A stretch of DNA of 64,000 nucleotides from Octopus bimaculoides (Eukaryota), in contig NC_069008.1 in assembly GCF_001194135.2 (NCBI RefSeq), positions 18,476,701-18,540,700 on the forward strand, read 5' to 3'. Shown here one piece after another: positions 12,463 through 23,399 of the stretch (the stretch's first letter is position 1; every line of letters starts with the position of its first letter). The notes under the pieces were generated by a model. The model did not search any database and had not been told where the DNA came from. It was given only the letters and a program-made list of their open reading frames with translations. A program made the translations under genes and the position numbers.

Positions 12463-13199
12463 ACACACTTTGATCTTAGCCAAAAGGACAAGGAGTAGCC
12501 CTGTTTATAGATTTAGCATATAGCTTACACATCCTATATCTTGATACTCTGTGAACTGAGATCCTAATATTAAATAAAGTTTCAACACAATATACAAATT
12601 AATAGTCCCAGTTTTCTGTAGCTACTGAAATTGTTGAATATATCAGCAGCAGATTGGCCGCTTGTTTCTCTGAGATTTCTCAAACTGATGTGATGTATCA
12701 GTCAGAAGACCAAGAGTGGCTTTCACTTCACATCAATATTTCTGTCTTTTATTGTCTGCAAGCTGGCAGAATCGGTTGCATGCCAGCCAAAACACTTCAC
12801 AGTATTTCGTTTGTATTCAGGTTTTGAGTTCAAATCCCACTAAGGCTGGCTTTGTCTTTCATACTTTCAGGGTCGATAAAATAATTACCAGTTGAACATT
12901 GAGGTTGATCTAATCGACTTACTCACTCACCCAAAATTGCTGGCCTTGTGCCAAAATTTGAAATCAGCATTACTGTCTTCTTCAAGTCTTTGGGGGACAC
13001 ACCCATGCATGGTCCTTTCTTTGGTGTGCTGAGCATTTTCATATCCAGGTTTTCTTTGAGGTATGCTAGTCTGAATGATTTGGGGTTGAATGAGACCTCA
13101 TCAGGAAGAGAGTACTTCCTGAAGACCTCATCAGGAAGAGAGTACTTCCTGGAGAGCTCACTGCCATAGGATATTGTTTCCTTCACTTTTCATCACTAT

Positions 13200-13620
13200 T
13201 CATTTTTGCTGCTGTTGTTTAGCAAATGTTGTCTGAGAGCGACTACCAAGTTTGTGCCAAAACTGCCGACCAAAGAGACACTCTGGTTTCAGTTGCACAA
13301 GGTCTCTTTGATTGTGCAGAGAACAATAAAAACTTTTTGAAAACTTTGTGTAGGCCTCTGAGCAGGTATCAGCAAACTTTTGGCAAAATTTGATGAAGAT
13401 TCTCTGCTCAAGTTTCTCTGCCATGGTCAATGCGACACCCACACACTACACATCTTCCTTCCAAACACTGCTGTAAACAACAGAAGTGAGCTAGAGCATT
13501 AAAACTTTGTGTGCATGTACAGCAAAGCTGAAGGTCAACCTGTGCCAGGCGGCTTTATTCTGCGTGCTTTAGCTTCGTTACTATGGCAACAGTCCAGGTA
13601 CTTATTGATCGGATCATGTA
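13200..13620 (-). mobile_element. Non-autonomous internally deleted mariner element
   Basis: TACATGATCCGATCAATAAGTACCTGGACTGTTGCCATAGTAACG terminus at 13620. Remnant N-terminal MAEKLEQRIFIKFCQKFADTCSEAY resembles mariner EQRxxIKFC. Confidence 0.7.
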
Positions 13621-13653
13621 GTCTATGACCGGACAGTCATTGGAAAGCTGTAG

Positions 13654-13768
13654 TGATGACAAAACATGATGACAAAACATGACAAAACATGATGACAAAA
13701 CATGATGACAAAACATGACAAAACATGATGACAAAACATGATGACAAAACATGATGACAAAACATGAT
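13654..13768. repeat. Minisatellite (ATGATGACAAAAC / ATGACAAAAC)n
   Basis: Alternating 13- and 10-bp units, directly visible. Confidence 0.9.
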
Positions 13769-13845
13769 GGTTGTTGCTTCAGTGAATGTGATATTTTGAT
13801 AAATGACTTGTTAAAGATGTCTCCTTTTATTATGTCATTTTGCAG

Positions 13846-13921
13846 GGAACTGTTACAGCAGCCAAGAACTTTGATGCAACCACAGCAGCAGAGGCACTTC
13901 ATAAAGCAGTTGCTGACCTCG
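13846..13921 (+). CDS. Annexin core exon (GTVTAAKNFDATTAAEALHKAVADL-G), 76 nt
   Basis: ttttgcag|GGA...CTCG|gtaaga. Matches the annexin repeat-1 start GTVxxxxxFDxxxDAExLxKA. Confidence 0.93.
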
Positions 13922-16878
13922 GTAAGAATCCCTGCCAACACATTATATCTGTCATCACAAAACCGATTTATAAATCTCACAGAGTCGATCTCTCAAACTG
14001 ACTTCTCAAAACATTTAAATTAGAAGCCATGACAAGAATTAGATCACAAGGAGAATACTCCGGATGATGGCCTCCTGAGAGGATCAGCAAAAGTGGGGGT
14101 TTCAAGAATTCATGGAAAGTTAGGCAATTTTCTAAAATTACTGATAAAGTCTTTCGTTGGCCCAAGTCTACAGTAGAGACACTTGCTCAAGGTGCCACAC
14201 AGGCGTGGCTGTGTGGTAAGAAGCTTGCTTCCCAACTGCAGGGTTTCAGATTCAGTCATCAGCATATTCTTTTATTCTTTTACTTGTTTCAGTCATTTGA
14301 CTGTGGCCATGCTGGAGCACTGCCTTTAGTCAAAAAAAAAAAATCAACTCCAGGACTTATTCTTTGTATGCCTAGTACTTATTTTGTTGATCTCTTTTGC
14401 TGAACTGCTGAGTTTCGGGGACGTAAACACACCAACATCAGTTGTCAAGCAATGGTGGGGGAACAAACATAGACACATAATTACATACATATATATATAT
14501 ATGACAGGCTTCTTTCAGTTTCCGGCTACCAGTTTCCGGCTTTGGTTGGCCTGAGGCTACAGTAGAAGACACTTGGTCAAGGTGCCATACAGTGGGACCA
14601 AACCTGGAACCATGTGGTTGGGAAGCAAGCTTCTTACCACACAGCCATTCCTGTGCCTTATATATATATATATATATATATACATACATACACACATACA
14701 TGTGTGTATGTCTGTGTTCATGTGCGTGTGTGTGTGTGTGTGGCAGGGTTGTCAGTGTCAGCGTTTGTCCCCTACCACTGCTTGACAATCAGAAGCAGTC
14801 AAACTAAAAAAAACCAATGCAATAAGTTCTAAGCTTGAAGAAAAATAAGTCCTGGGGTCGATTCATTCAACTGAAACAATTCTTCAAGGCAGTGCCCCAG
14901 CATGGCTGCAGTCTCATGGGTAAAAGAAGTAAACGATAAATGATAAGAGATATAAAAAGGATTTCTGTGGGCAAGGCTAGAGCTATAGATGTTGCTGTGC
15001 AGTTAAGAAGCTTGTTTCCAAACCATAAGGTCTCAGGTTCAGTCCTACTGTGTGGCAGCCAGTGAAGGAGTCTTCTACTACTTCTCCTGACCAAAGCCTT
15101 GTGAACAGATTCAGTAAATGGAAACTATAGGAAGCCTATTGCATGCATACATTATGTCTGTACATATGTGTGTTTATGGGTAGCCTTGTCTTGGTGTCCC
15201 CTGGTGGTTGTAAACAAGCATCACCATCATATAAGTGGTGTTGTTTGTTTCTAGTCTTGCATGAAAAACATGTCTGGTCACAGGAAAATATTGCTTTGCT
15301 TAGAGACAGGTGAAGTTTGGTGACAGGAAAGGCATCCACCTGTAGAAAATCTTGCCCCAACAAATTCCATCTGACCCCTACATGCAAGGAAAAGTGATAT
15401 TAAATGATGATGATGATGACGTGTCTACCAACTGTTAAACCTGCTGAGGGACAAACAAAATTCCTTGTGCTCCATCTTCAAGCCCTTTATGTCCTAAATT
15501 CAAATCCTGATGAGGTAAACTTTTTCTTTATCCATCAACAATTAATAAAATAAGGTCCCCAGTCCCATAGTGGAGTCAATCTCATTGACTGTACCTTCCC
15601 CCTTACACTTCAAACTTTGGGTCAATCTCAGTAATCAACATACCTATACCCTGGGCCATGCTTTTTAAATGCTTACTTTTTACAGAATTTAAATGTTCTG
15701 CAAATCTACAAATGTTTTAGAAAATCTGTTTTTCATAATCTAGTTTAAACAATTATATTTAATTAAATACAAAATCAATATTAATTAATCCACCTTTACA
15801 TCTTTGATTTTAAGTAATCTATTTTTATGTAATTATTTTTAATTAAATGCACAATTACTATTTATTAGTTTAAACACAATTTTTATTAGTTAAATACAAA
15901 ATCATTATCAATTGATTTTCTTTATTCAATTATTATTAATTAATCCATTATTTTCTATGCTGTTTTTTTTTTGTTTTTTTAAATTCAAAACAGTTTTTTT
16001 TTTTTTTTTACTTTTTAACTTTCCCTGTGAAGTGGACCTATTTCTTGTGTATTGGGAATATGAAGTGCCGATGCCCCAGGGTGTAGAATTGGGGGAGTTC
16101 TGGGGGTCAACATAACTTTATTGTGACTGTTTATGTTGATTTTTAAATGCAACCAAAGTCAAGGGTAACTTTTATCCTTTTGGGATAGATCCAATAAGTC
16201 TAATTATCTGAGCCACACAGGCTATAATAATAAACAGTAGATGTTTTAGCCATTACTTGTGCTGTGTAATCTACAAAAAGGACATTTTTAGACGAGATTC
16301 ACTTGTTTATTTTTAATGAAGAGAAGAACAGAAAATGAGGTTTTTTTTGTGAAATGTAGAGAGAACTCAGAAGTGTTTTCTGGAAAGAAAGCAACCCCTG
16401 TTGTGTCAGTGCCACTATAAAATGACCAACACTCAGACAGACAGATAGAGAGATACGTAGATGGAGAGAGAATGAGAGAGATAGAGAGAAAGAGAAACAG
16501 ACATATATATACACACATATATATATATATACATTGCTGGGGCCACATAAAGAGCACCTAGTCCTTGCTGTAAAGTGGTCGGTGTTAGGAAGAATATCCA
16601 TCTGTAGAAACCAGGTCAAAAACATTGAAACAGGAGTGAAATGAAGCCCTTAACCCATTGCTGAGCCAAATGAGGTCAGCAGTATCCCCTCTCCCCTCAG
16701 AGATGTACTGAAAACAAGTGCTTCTCCCCCCCCCCACTGTAGAAAATGGAGAGAAAACAATGATGAGGGTAATATACTCACAATGAGACATGTGCCTCTG
16801 TGTGACACTGTGTCATTGTGCCGCGCCAGAGAGTTTAGTGCTTCTATTCATCTCTGACACAATGTTGTTTTGTTACAG

Positions 16879-16973
16879 GAACAAACGATGCTAAAGTCAT
16901 TGAACTCCTCAGCATGTGTAATTACAAACAGAGGGAGGAGATGATGTTGACATACAACAAGAAATACAGCAAG
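16879..16973 (+). CDS. Annexin core exon (GTNDAKVIELLSMCNYKQREEMMLTYNKKYSK), 95 nt
   Basis: ttgttacag|GA...AAG|gtaacc. Phase 1 in, phase 0 out, consistent with neighbours. Confidence 0.93.
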
Positions 16974-17373
16974 GTAACCATTGTACTGGTGGTGGTGGAA
17001 TGTGTGCGTGTTTGTAGATGGGTGTTGGAGTGTGTGTGTGTGGATAAATGTACAGAGGTGTACGTGAGAGAGCGTTTGTATATCCATGTGAATGTATCTG
17101 TGTATGTTTGTGTGGAAGCATTGTGTGTATGTATCTATGTTTGTGTGTTTATGTATATATACTGTGTATGTGGATGAGTGTGAATATATATACACAAATA
17201 TATATACACATACATATACACACACACACAGACACACACATATATATATACATATTTATGTATGTAAGTGTATGCGTATATGTGTGTGTGTGTGTGTGTA
17301 TATACATATATATGAATATTTATATATGCATGTTTAATGTACATATGTGCATGTATGTGTGGGTGTATCTGAG

Positions 17374-17405
<32 letters not shown>

Positions 17406-17481
17406 CCATTTCTTGATAAAACCCACAAGAGCCATGCTGTGATTTGAACCTTCTACCTCTCAGTCTACTCTGCTGTTCCAG

Positions 17482-17595
17482 GCCATGGTAAGTGATCTGG
17501 CGAGTGATCTCAGCTTCCGTTATAAAGACACGGCCATGGCCCTCCTCACTGAACCGGTTCTCTATGATGTGAAAGAACTGTGCAAAGCAATGAAG
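17482..17595 (+). CDS. Annexin core exon (AMVSDLASDLSFRYKDTAMALLTEPVLYDVKELCKAMK), 114 nt
   Basis: ctgttccag|GCC...AAG|gtgagt. End of repeat 1 and start of repeat 2. Confidence 0.95.
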
Positions 17596-18135
17596 GTGAG
17601 TTCACGTATGTCAGCCATGTTGATGTCTGTGTGTCTGTGTGCTTTTATTGTTGTTGTTGTTGTTTAGCCCCAGGTCAGCCCTGATCCAACAGACTTATGA
17701 TCGAAGATGTTTCAGCTCTGACCACACCATCTTTTATTCAGACAAGAGTGTATCTTGGACTACATTACCTAATGTGTCCTTCCTTCTTGTAGTTTAACCC
17801 CGAGGCCAGTTCTGATGCACTTCACCTCTGATCAATAACAATCCAACTGTGACCATCCCATCTTTTTGTATATATTAGTGAAGGTGTTGGATCAAATGTG
17901 GAGTTCTGTATTTAAGACTCAGCTATGATTTGAGGGAGATTTGGCTGTTATTTTTAGCAAAGGGGGCCACTATAAAGAAGGTTTCCTAATTTTGAGAGGT
18001 CACATGATTTATTTTGTCACTTAATTGCCTGTGGTAAGTCACATGATCTATTCCATGTCTTTATGACCCCAACAGATCACATGATTTATTTTATTGGCTA
18101 CAACAGGTCCCATGATCTATTTTATCTTCCCACAG

Positions 18136-18226
18136 GGTCTTGGCACAGATGAAACCACATTCATAGAGATCATCTTCTCTCGTGACGTCGAAAGAATGGA
18201 GGCCATTAAACAACGCTATTTCATTG
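18136..18226 (+). CDS. Annexin core exon (GLGTDETTFIEIIFSRDVERMEAIKQRYFI-E), 91 nt
   Basis: ttcccacag|GGT...ATTG|gtaagt. Canonical (MK)GLGTDE endonexin fold. Confidence 0.96.
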
Positions 18227-18566
18227 GTAAGTAAAATATCATCATGACCCCCCTAGCCGCAAACGCATACATTGGATTGGTTTTCTGTCTGTTTGTAAAA
18301 TAGACACATCCTTCTCCTCATCATCATCAACAACATTATTTAATGTTTGTCTTCTGGGCTGATTTCATGAATTGGAGGGTTCAACAAGATTCTAGAAGTC
18401 AAAGGATCACTTCATGCTCCAGTGCCTTCTTTGGACTGTGCGCACTGGTGGGATCAGCTTACAACTTGTAAGACTGAAAGGTCTTAAGGAATTCCTACAC
18501 CACCACCCCTACCACCACCTCCGTTAACATAATTCACTAATAAACAATTGCTGTTGCTTTTTGTAG

Positions 18567-18721
18567 AATATGAAGTCAGTCTTGAAGAAGACATTTCTGG
18601 TGACTGTAGCGGTCATTTTCGTCATTTACTTTTGTCTCAAGTGAAAGGAGCTCGAGAAGGAACTCGGAAAGAAGATGTCGACCTTGGACTGGCACAGCAG
18701 GACGCTAATTCTCTTTACAAA
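18567..18721 (+). CDS. Annexin core exon (EYEVSLEEDISGDCSGHFRHLLLSQVKGAREGTRKEDVDLGLAQQDANSLYK), 155 nt
   Basis: tttttgtag|AA...AAA|gtaggt. LEEDISGDCSGHF cap motif and DAxxLY. Confidence 0.95.
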
Positions 18722-18878
18722 GTAGGTAACACTGGTGTTTCTAATGCAATTATTGACTCAGTTACTGTTGTTGTTGTTGTTGTTGTTGGTAGTGTTATTG
18801 TCTCTGAGAGCAGAGGCACCCAATAAGAACCCAGACTGCCACCATCTTTCTGATGTATAACGATTATGTAAATATACA

Positions 18879-18909
<31 letters not shown>

Positions 18910-19634
18910 TCTTTAGTTCTTTAAATTGTTTCAGCTTTAAAGCTGCAGTCATGCTGGGGCACCACTATTGGCATCATTATTTAAAACCTCCTCTGAAGTG
19001 TGGCATTTGATGAATGAGGGCACTTGATGTTGCTGCCCTTATCTGCGTTTCCTGCTGTGAGGTAGACTCATCTGGAAGCCTTGATCCAATTTTGCTTAGA
19101 AGGCACCTACATCCACAAGGCACAAGTCTCTCGGGCATTTTGGAAGGATATTGAAGAGCTGTGGGACCTTGAAACCCAAGCTGTTTCAGTAGATGGTCCT
19201 GTATTTTGATGGCGATGCTGGGATCTTTGGCACCCTGCAGTGGTAATCCAAATGAAAGTTACTTTATTCCACATGGGTAGAAATACAAAAATGTATATAT
19301 TCCAGCTGGCTAACGACACACATTCTATGTCCAATTAGTATTTGTGAGGGTAGGTCATCACTTCCATCTCTAGCCTTACATGATACACACAGACTTGAGT
19401 TTCTGGGTGGTTACCCATATTCAGCATATGTTAATCACCAGCTTGTTTCTTTATTATGATAAAAATTATCGCTACACAGAGGGACATTACAAACATTTAG
19501 ACAAGCTTAGTGAGTTTATATAAAAATGATAAATTCTATGTACTGATATAATTTTAAAAAAATTTATGATGACTTGTCTGTAGAATTTTGGTTTGGTGAC
19601 CAGCGACTACACCATGCATTTACCATGGGAAGAA

Positions 19635-20010
19635 TTAAGTAGGGACAGTCACTCCCAACTTCCTCGCAACATGCTTCCATCTTTTTTCATATACGCTTTG
19701 CAACAGGTGCCTCCTCTCCAGCCCTATCTTGCTCTTCAGGTGGTACCTGTAGTATAATAGCAGTCCAGTGCCGGAGATGAAGGATCTAATCTTGACTCCT
19801 GGCATTCTTGTTCTCCATGCAGACTCTTTCATTACTGCAACTGTACATAGAAAACATGCCTCACCTTCTTTAGATAATCTGGTGGGTGGTACAATTTCTA
19901 TCACATACTCAACTGAACCTGAGATCATCAGTTTGTGCAGCAGACATCACAACCACTTGGCCATGACGTCTCCATTCAATGTGCAATGCTTTCCTTTCTG
20001 GCCCCTTTGT
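19635..20010 (-). mobile_element. Probable Tx1/L1-clade LINE C-terminal remnant in annexin intron
   Basis: FLCTVAVMKESAWRTR..YYRYHLKSKIGLERRHL..EKRWKHVAR resembles the C-terminal tail of L1/Tx1 ORF2. Recognised from memory, no catalytic motif present. Confidence 0.45.
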
Positions 20011-20090
20011 GTCCCAAATAACCCCATTTAGGAAATTTGTGATATTTTTTTAATGAAACTGATTTAAATTTTGTATGACTGTTTTTTTAG

Positions 20091-20268
20091 GCTGGAGAGG
20101 GCAAACTGGGGACAGATGAGGAGGCATTTAATGCTGTGCTGGCTGGTCGCAGTTTTCCCCACCTCTTCCAGGTTATGAAGTTCTGCCGTGAAAAGATAGG
20201 CCATGATTTTGAACATGCAATACGCTCTGAGACCAGCGGAAACCTGAGAGATGCTTATTTAGCCATTG
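20091..20268 (+). CDS. Annexin core exon (AGEGKLGTDEEAFNAVLAGRSFPHLFQVMKFCREKIGHDFEHAIRSETSGNLRDAYLAI-A), 178 nt
   Basis: tttttttag|GCT...ATTG|gtaagg. Repeat-3 AGExKxGTDE and SETSG motifs. Confidence 0.96.
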
Positions 20269-20526
20269 GTAAGGACTTTCATTCTGTTGGCTGACAGAGC
20301 TGCGTGTGTGAGCGTCTGAGCACCGGAAAATATTCACTCATTTGGAAACGAAGTTTTATTGTTTTGATATTTACTGGTTTCAGTCAATGGATTGTGACCA
20401 AACTGGAGCAACGTGCCTTTTGAGAGGGTTTACTTGCAAATAATAAAGTAGTTTTGTTTCATTTTTATTTTATTGATCTCAAAGCAAATGTAAGCGAAGG
20501 GAGATAATTCAAACAAATAGTGTTTA

Positions 20527-20568
<42 letters not shown>

Positions 20569-20958
20569 TTTCCAGTTGTTCATCTCGAGGTCAAAGGAGA
20601 GAATCATCTTGCAAGGAATCAATCTTTAAAAAAACTTTTTCCTTAATGAAGTAAAAGAAAAAAAATTAATTATTTTCATGCATTGAATTTTGATTTTATT
20701 TCCTAATTTTCTTTTTTTTTTTTAATCAAAGAGTTGTTTAAATTTGCTTTCATTTCATTCAAGTTGGGTCTCGTCAGTTTCAGAATTTAGGGGTCAGTTA
20801 AACATTGCATTATATTAAATTAAATTGATAAGATAATTAAAATTAAGCGATTCATACATACATACATATATGTGTGTGTGTATATGTCTATGTGTGTGTG
20901 TGTGTGTGTGTGTATGCTTATCCCATAAAGTTAACCCCTGCCATGTTCTCTGTTTCAG

Positions 20959-21071
20959 CCGCCATGGCCCGAGGAACCCCGACATTGTTTGCTCAGCACC
21001 TTTACAAATACACAAAAGGACTCGGCACTAACGACTCTAATTTAATCAGAGTCATTGTTAGCAGATGTGAG
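20959..21071 (+). CDS. Annexin core exon (AAMARGTPTLFAQHLYKYTKGLGTNDSNLIRVIVSRCE), 113 nt
   Basis: ctgtttcag|CC...GAG|gtatgt. Repeat-4 KGLGTND..LIRVIVSRxE. Confidence 0.96.
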
Positions 21072-21154
21072 GTATGTATGGAAACGTACATGTATATATA
21101 TATAAATATACATACATATATGTATGTATATCTATATATATACATATATATATA

Positions 21155-21342
21155 TGACCGTTGACTGAACACTATTCAATTTTTTTTCTCCGTGTTTTTC
21201 TCCTTGTCTCCGTATTCTTTCTGTTGAAGAGCATAGCTCGAAACGTCAAAGACTTTCCGTATTCCCGAGCGTCATACTAATATATACTTTTGTTATTTAC
21301 ACCACCTGTCCTCGTCTGTTGTTATTATTTGTATATTCTCCC

Positions 21343-21345
<3 letters not shown>
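21155..21345 (+). mobile_element. Penelope-like element terminal repeat remnant
   Basis: Short non-coding repeat carrying a CTG(N)NGA..CGAAACGTC hammerhead-like core, the hallmark of PLE termini. No ORF present. Confidence 0.55.
21216..21252 (+). ncRNA. Minimal type I hammerhead ribozyme-like motif (A6U core variant)
   Basis: TCTTT-CTGTTGA-A-GAGC(ATA)GCTC-GAAAC-GTC-AAAGA: stem I TCTTT/AAAGA, stem II GAGC/GCTC, loopless ACGT stem III, GUC cleavage triplet. Confidence 0.65.
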
Positions 21346-21374
<29 letters not shown>

Positions 21375-21389
21375 GTGTGGTTGTGTGGT

Positions 21390-21424
<35 letters not shown>

Positions 21425-21575
21425 ACCAGATGCTATTCCGTGAACAACTGGGTTGTTTTGCTGTAGTAATAAAAATATTATTTGAACTGACTTTAATTTG
21501 AATGATGTGGATTAATGTGAACTAAACTGGACTAATGAGGACTGATGTGAGATATGTTGTTTTGTCTCCTTGCAG

Positions 21576-21701
21576 ATTGATATGGTGCAGATTAAAGAAG
21601 AATATTTCAAACTCTATGGCCAAACGTTGGTTGATTGTATAAAAGGTGACACCAGTGGGGACTACAGGAAGTTGCTGCTGGCCCTTATTGGGGGACATTG
21701 A
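21576..21701 (+). CDS. Annexin last coding exon (IDMVQIKEEYFKLYGQTLVDCIKGDTSGDYRKLLLALIGGH*), 126 nt
   Basis: ccttgcag|ATT...TGA. Canonical IDxxxIKxxY..IKGDTSGDYRKLLLAL C-terminus. The eight core exons sum to 948 nt in frame. AATAAA at 21847-21852. Confidence 0.96.
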   Translation: MDMVQIKEEYFKLYGQTLVDCIKGDTSGDYRKLLLALIGGH

Positions 21702-21852
21702 GGAGGACGACCACAATGACAAACATGATAGCAACATCAACAATAATAACAAAACATCAACCACACCATCACCTCAACAACAACAACAACATTTGATGTC
21801 AACTTTCTGTTATATCTTTTCTCTTGCCAGTGCATTGTGTAAATTGAATAAA

Positions 21853-21925
<73 letters not shown>

Positions 21926-22449
21926 TATGGAGTAAGTATGGACTTGACAGAGCAAAAATTGGTATGACCATAAACCCGAAGGTATCATCGAAAATAAAAA
22001 TGCAAAGATCTTGTGGGATTTTATGATTCAGTGCAACCATGAGATAGAGAATAGGAAAACAGACATAATCTTAATTGAGAAAGAAAGCAAACTATGCTGG
22101 ATCATAGATATAGCATGCCCAGCTGACAACAAGGTATGTGATAAGGAAGAAAGAAAAGTCGATAGACATGACAGGTTAGCTTGGGAGGTTAAGCAGTTGT
22201 AGTCGATGAAAACGATGGTAGTAGTAGCAATAATTGTCGGAGCCCTGGGAACAGTGAGTAAAAATCTCAAGAAGTATATGGAACAAATAGGGGCTGCAAT
22301 AAGGGTGGAGCATTTGCAGAAAACAGCACTGCTTGAAACCACTCAAATACTCTGGGAGGTGCTCGTAAAATAAGGGGTGTTACCTTAGTTCACTGGTACT
22401 GAACAGCTGACACTGTAGTGCAACTCCAACGTTAGAAGCTGTGCAAAGG
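21926..22449 (+). mobile_element. 5'-truncated R4/Dong-clade non-LTR retrotransposon (restriction-like endonuclease domain), inserted in (AAT)n
   Basis: WSKYGLDRAK(fs)WYDHKPEGIIENKNAKILWDFMIQCNHEIENRKTDIILIEKESKLCWIIDIACPADN..EERK..V*..IIVGALGTV..LQKTALL matches the RLE PD..D-x-A-x-P signature. It is flanked by (AAT)n at about 21853-21925 and 22450-22500. Confidence 0.8.
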
Positions 22450-22450
22450 C

Positions 22451-22494
<44 letters not shown>

Positions 22495-22746
22495 TAATAA
22501 CTAGTGGGACCCATGGAAATTCCATGATATTTGAAAATATCATATTAATATATTGAATAGAAGCAAGGAATTTCAAGAATTTTTTTTGAAATCCTTCTAT
22601 TTAATTAAAACTGTGCTTTTAAATACAACACCTGTTTGTATATCTATTGATATATCTGAAAACTCACCTTCTTCTCTGCCTGTCTGTCTGTGTATCTATC
22701 TGTGTATGTATGTACGTATGTATGTATGTATCTATCTGTCTGTCTT

Positions 22747-22803
<57 letters not shown>

Positions 22804-23089
22804 TTATCTACCTATTTGTTTGTCTCTCTGTCTACCTATCCATCTGTCTACATGTGTCTGTGTGTCTGTCTGCCTAATTAACTGTCATATCTAATGTTCC
22901 TTCTGCCTATGACTGTGCCTGTCTCCTCTCATAAAACTGATAAGCATTTAAACCTGATAGCAAAAACAAAAAAGTGGAGGGGGGGGGGTAGTGATGTCCG
23001 CACATCACCACAGCCTTTGATCTGGAATATGTAAAAGATAAAACTTTAACATTCACAGCTATTTGCTAAGATTATTTCACTTTAACTAT

Positions 23090-23276
23090 CTATAAATCCA
23101 CAAATTTATAGATCTTCATGACATTGTTTCATTATTTACAATTGACAGATATTTATCCTCATTTTGTTTGTTGCTAAGACATTTCGGCTGATATACCCTC
23201 CAGCCTTCATCAGGTGTCTTGCGGAAATTTCGAACCTAGGTTCTCATTCCTAAGGTATTTTTTGATGTTATTGTTA

Positions 23277-23280
<4 letters not shown>
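23090..23280 (-). mobile_element. Second Penelope-like terminal remnant with degenerate hammerhead core (23176-23220)
   Basis: Minus strand reads AAGACAC-CTGATGA-A-GGCTG(GAGGGTATAT)CAGCC-GAAA-TGTCTT. It abuts (TAT)n at about 23270-23340. Confidence 0.55.
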
Positions 23281-23340
<60 letters not shown>

Positions 23341-23399
23341 ATATAGAATTGTTTCATTATGTTAAACATTTCAATTGAACATACAAATGCAGAATGAAA

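Noticed and set aside
13093-13151. CTGATGA twice on the minus strand (possible tandem hammerhead)
   Set aside because: No stem II closing onto GAAA and no NUH. It is only a duplicated LINE-like remnant.
12923-13186. 87-aa minus ORF MKETISYGSEL...
   Set aside because: It runs from a decayed remnant into a SINE, contains the 30-bp duplication, and has no splice or domain support.
13577-13590. Perfect RFX X-box GTTACTATGGCAAC upstream of the annexin core
   Set aside because: It lies inside the mariner terminal sequence, so it is explained by the transposon.
17650-17960. Recurrent GTTGTTTAGCCCCAGGTCAG..GATTTGAGGGAGATTTGGCTG blocks resembling a spaced repeat array
   Set aside because: Dispersed, divergent interspersed repeat present on both strands across the window. 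Not CRISPR-like in this eukaryotic context.
18722-18826. Extension of ORF 18548-18826 (VGNTGV...)
   Set aside because: Intronic. The next annexin exon requires the phase-0 donor at 18722.
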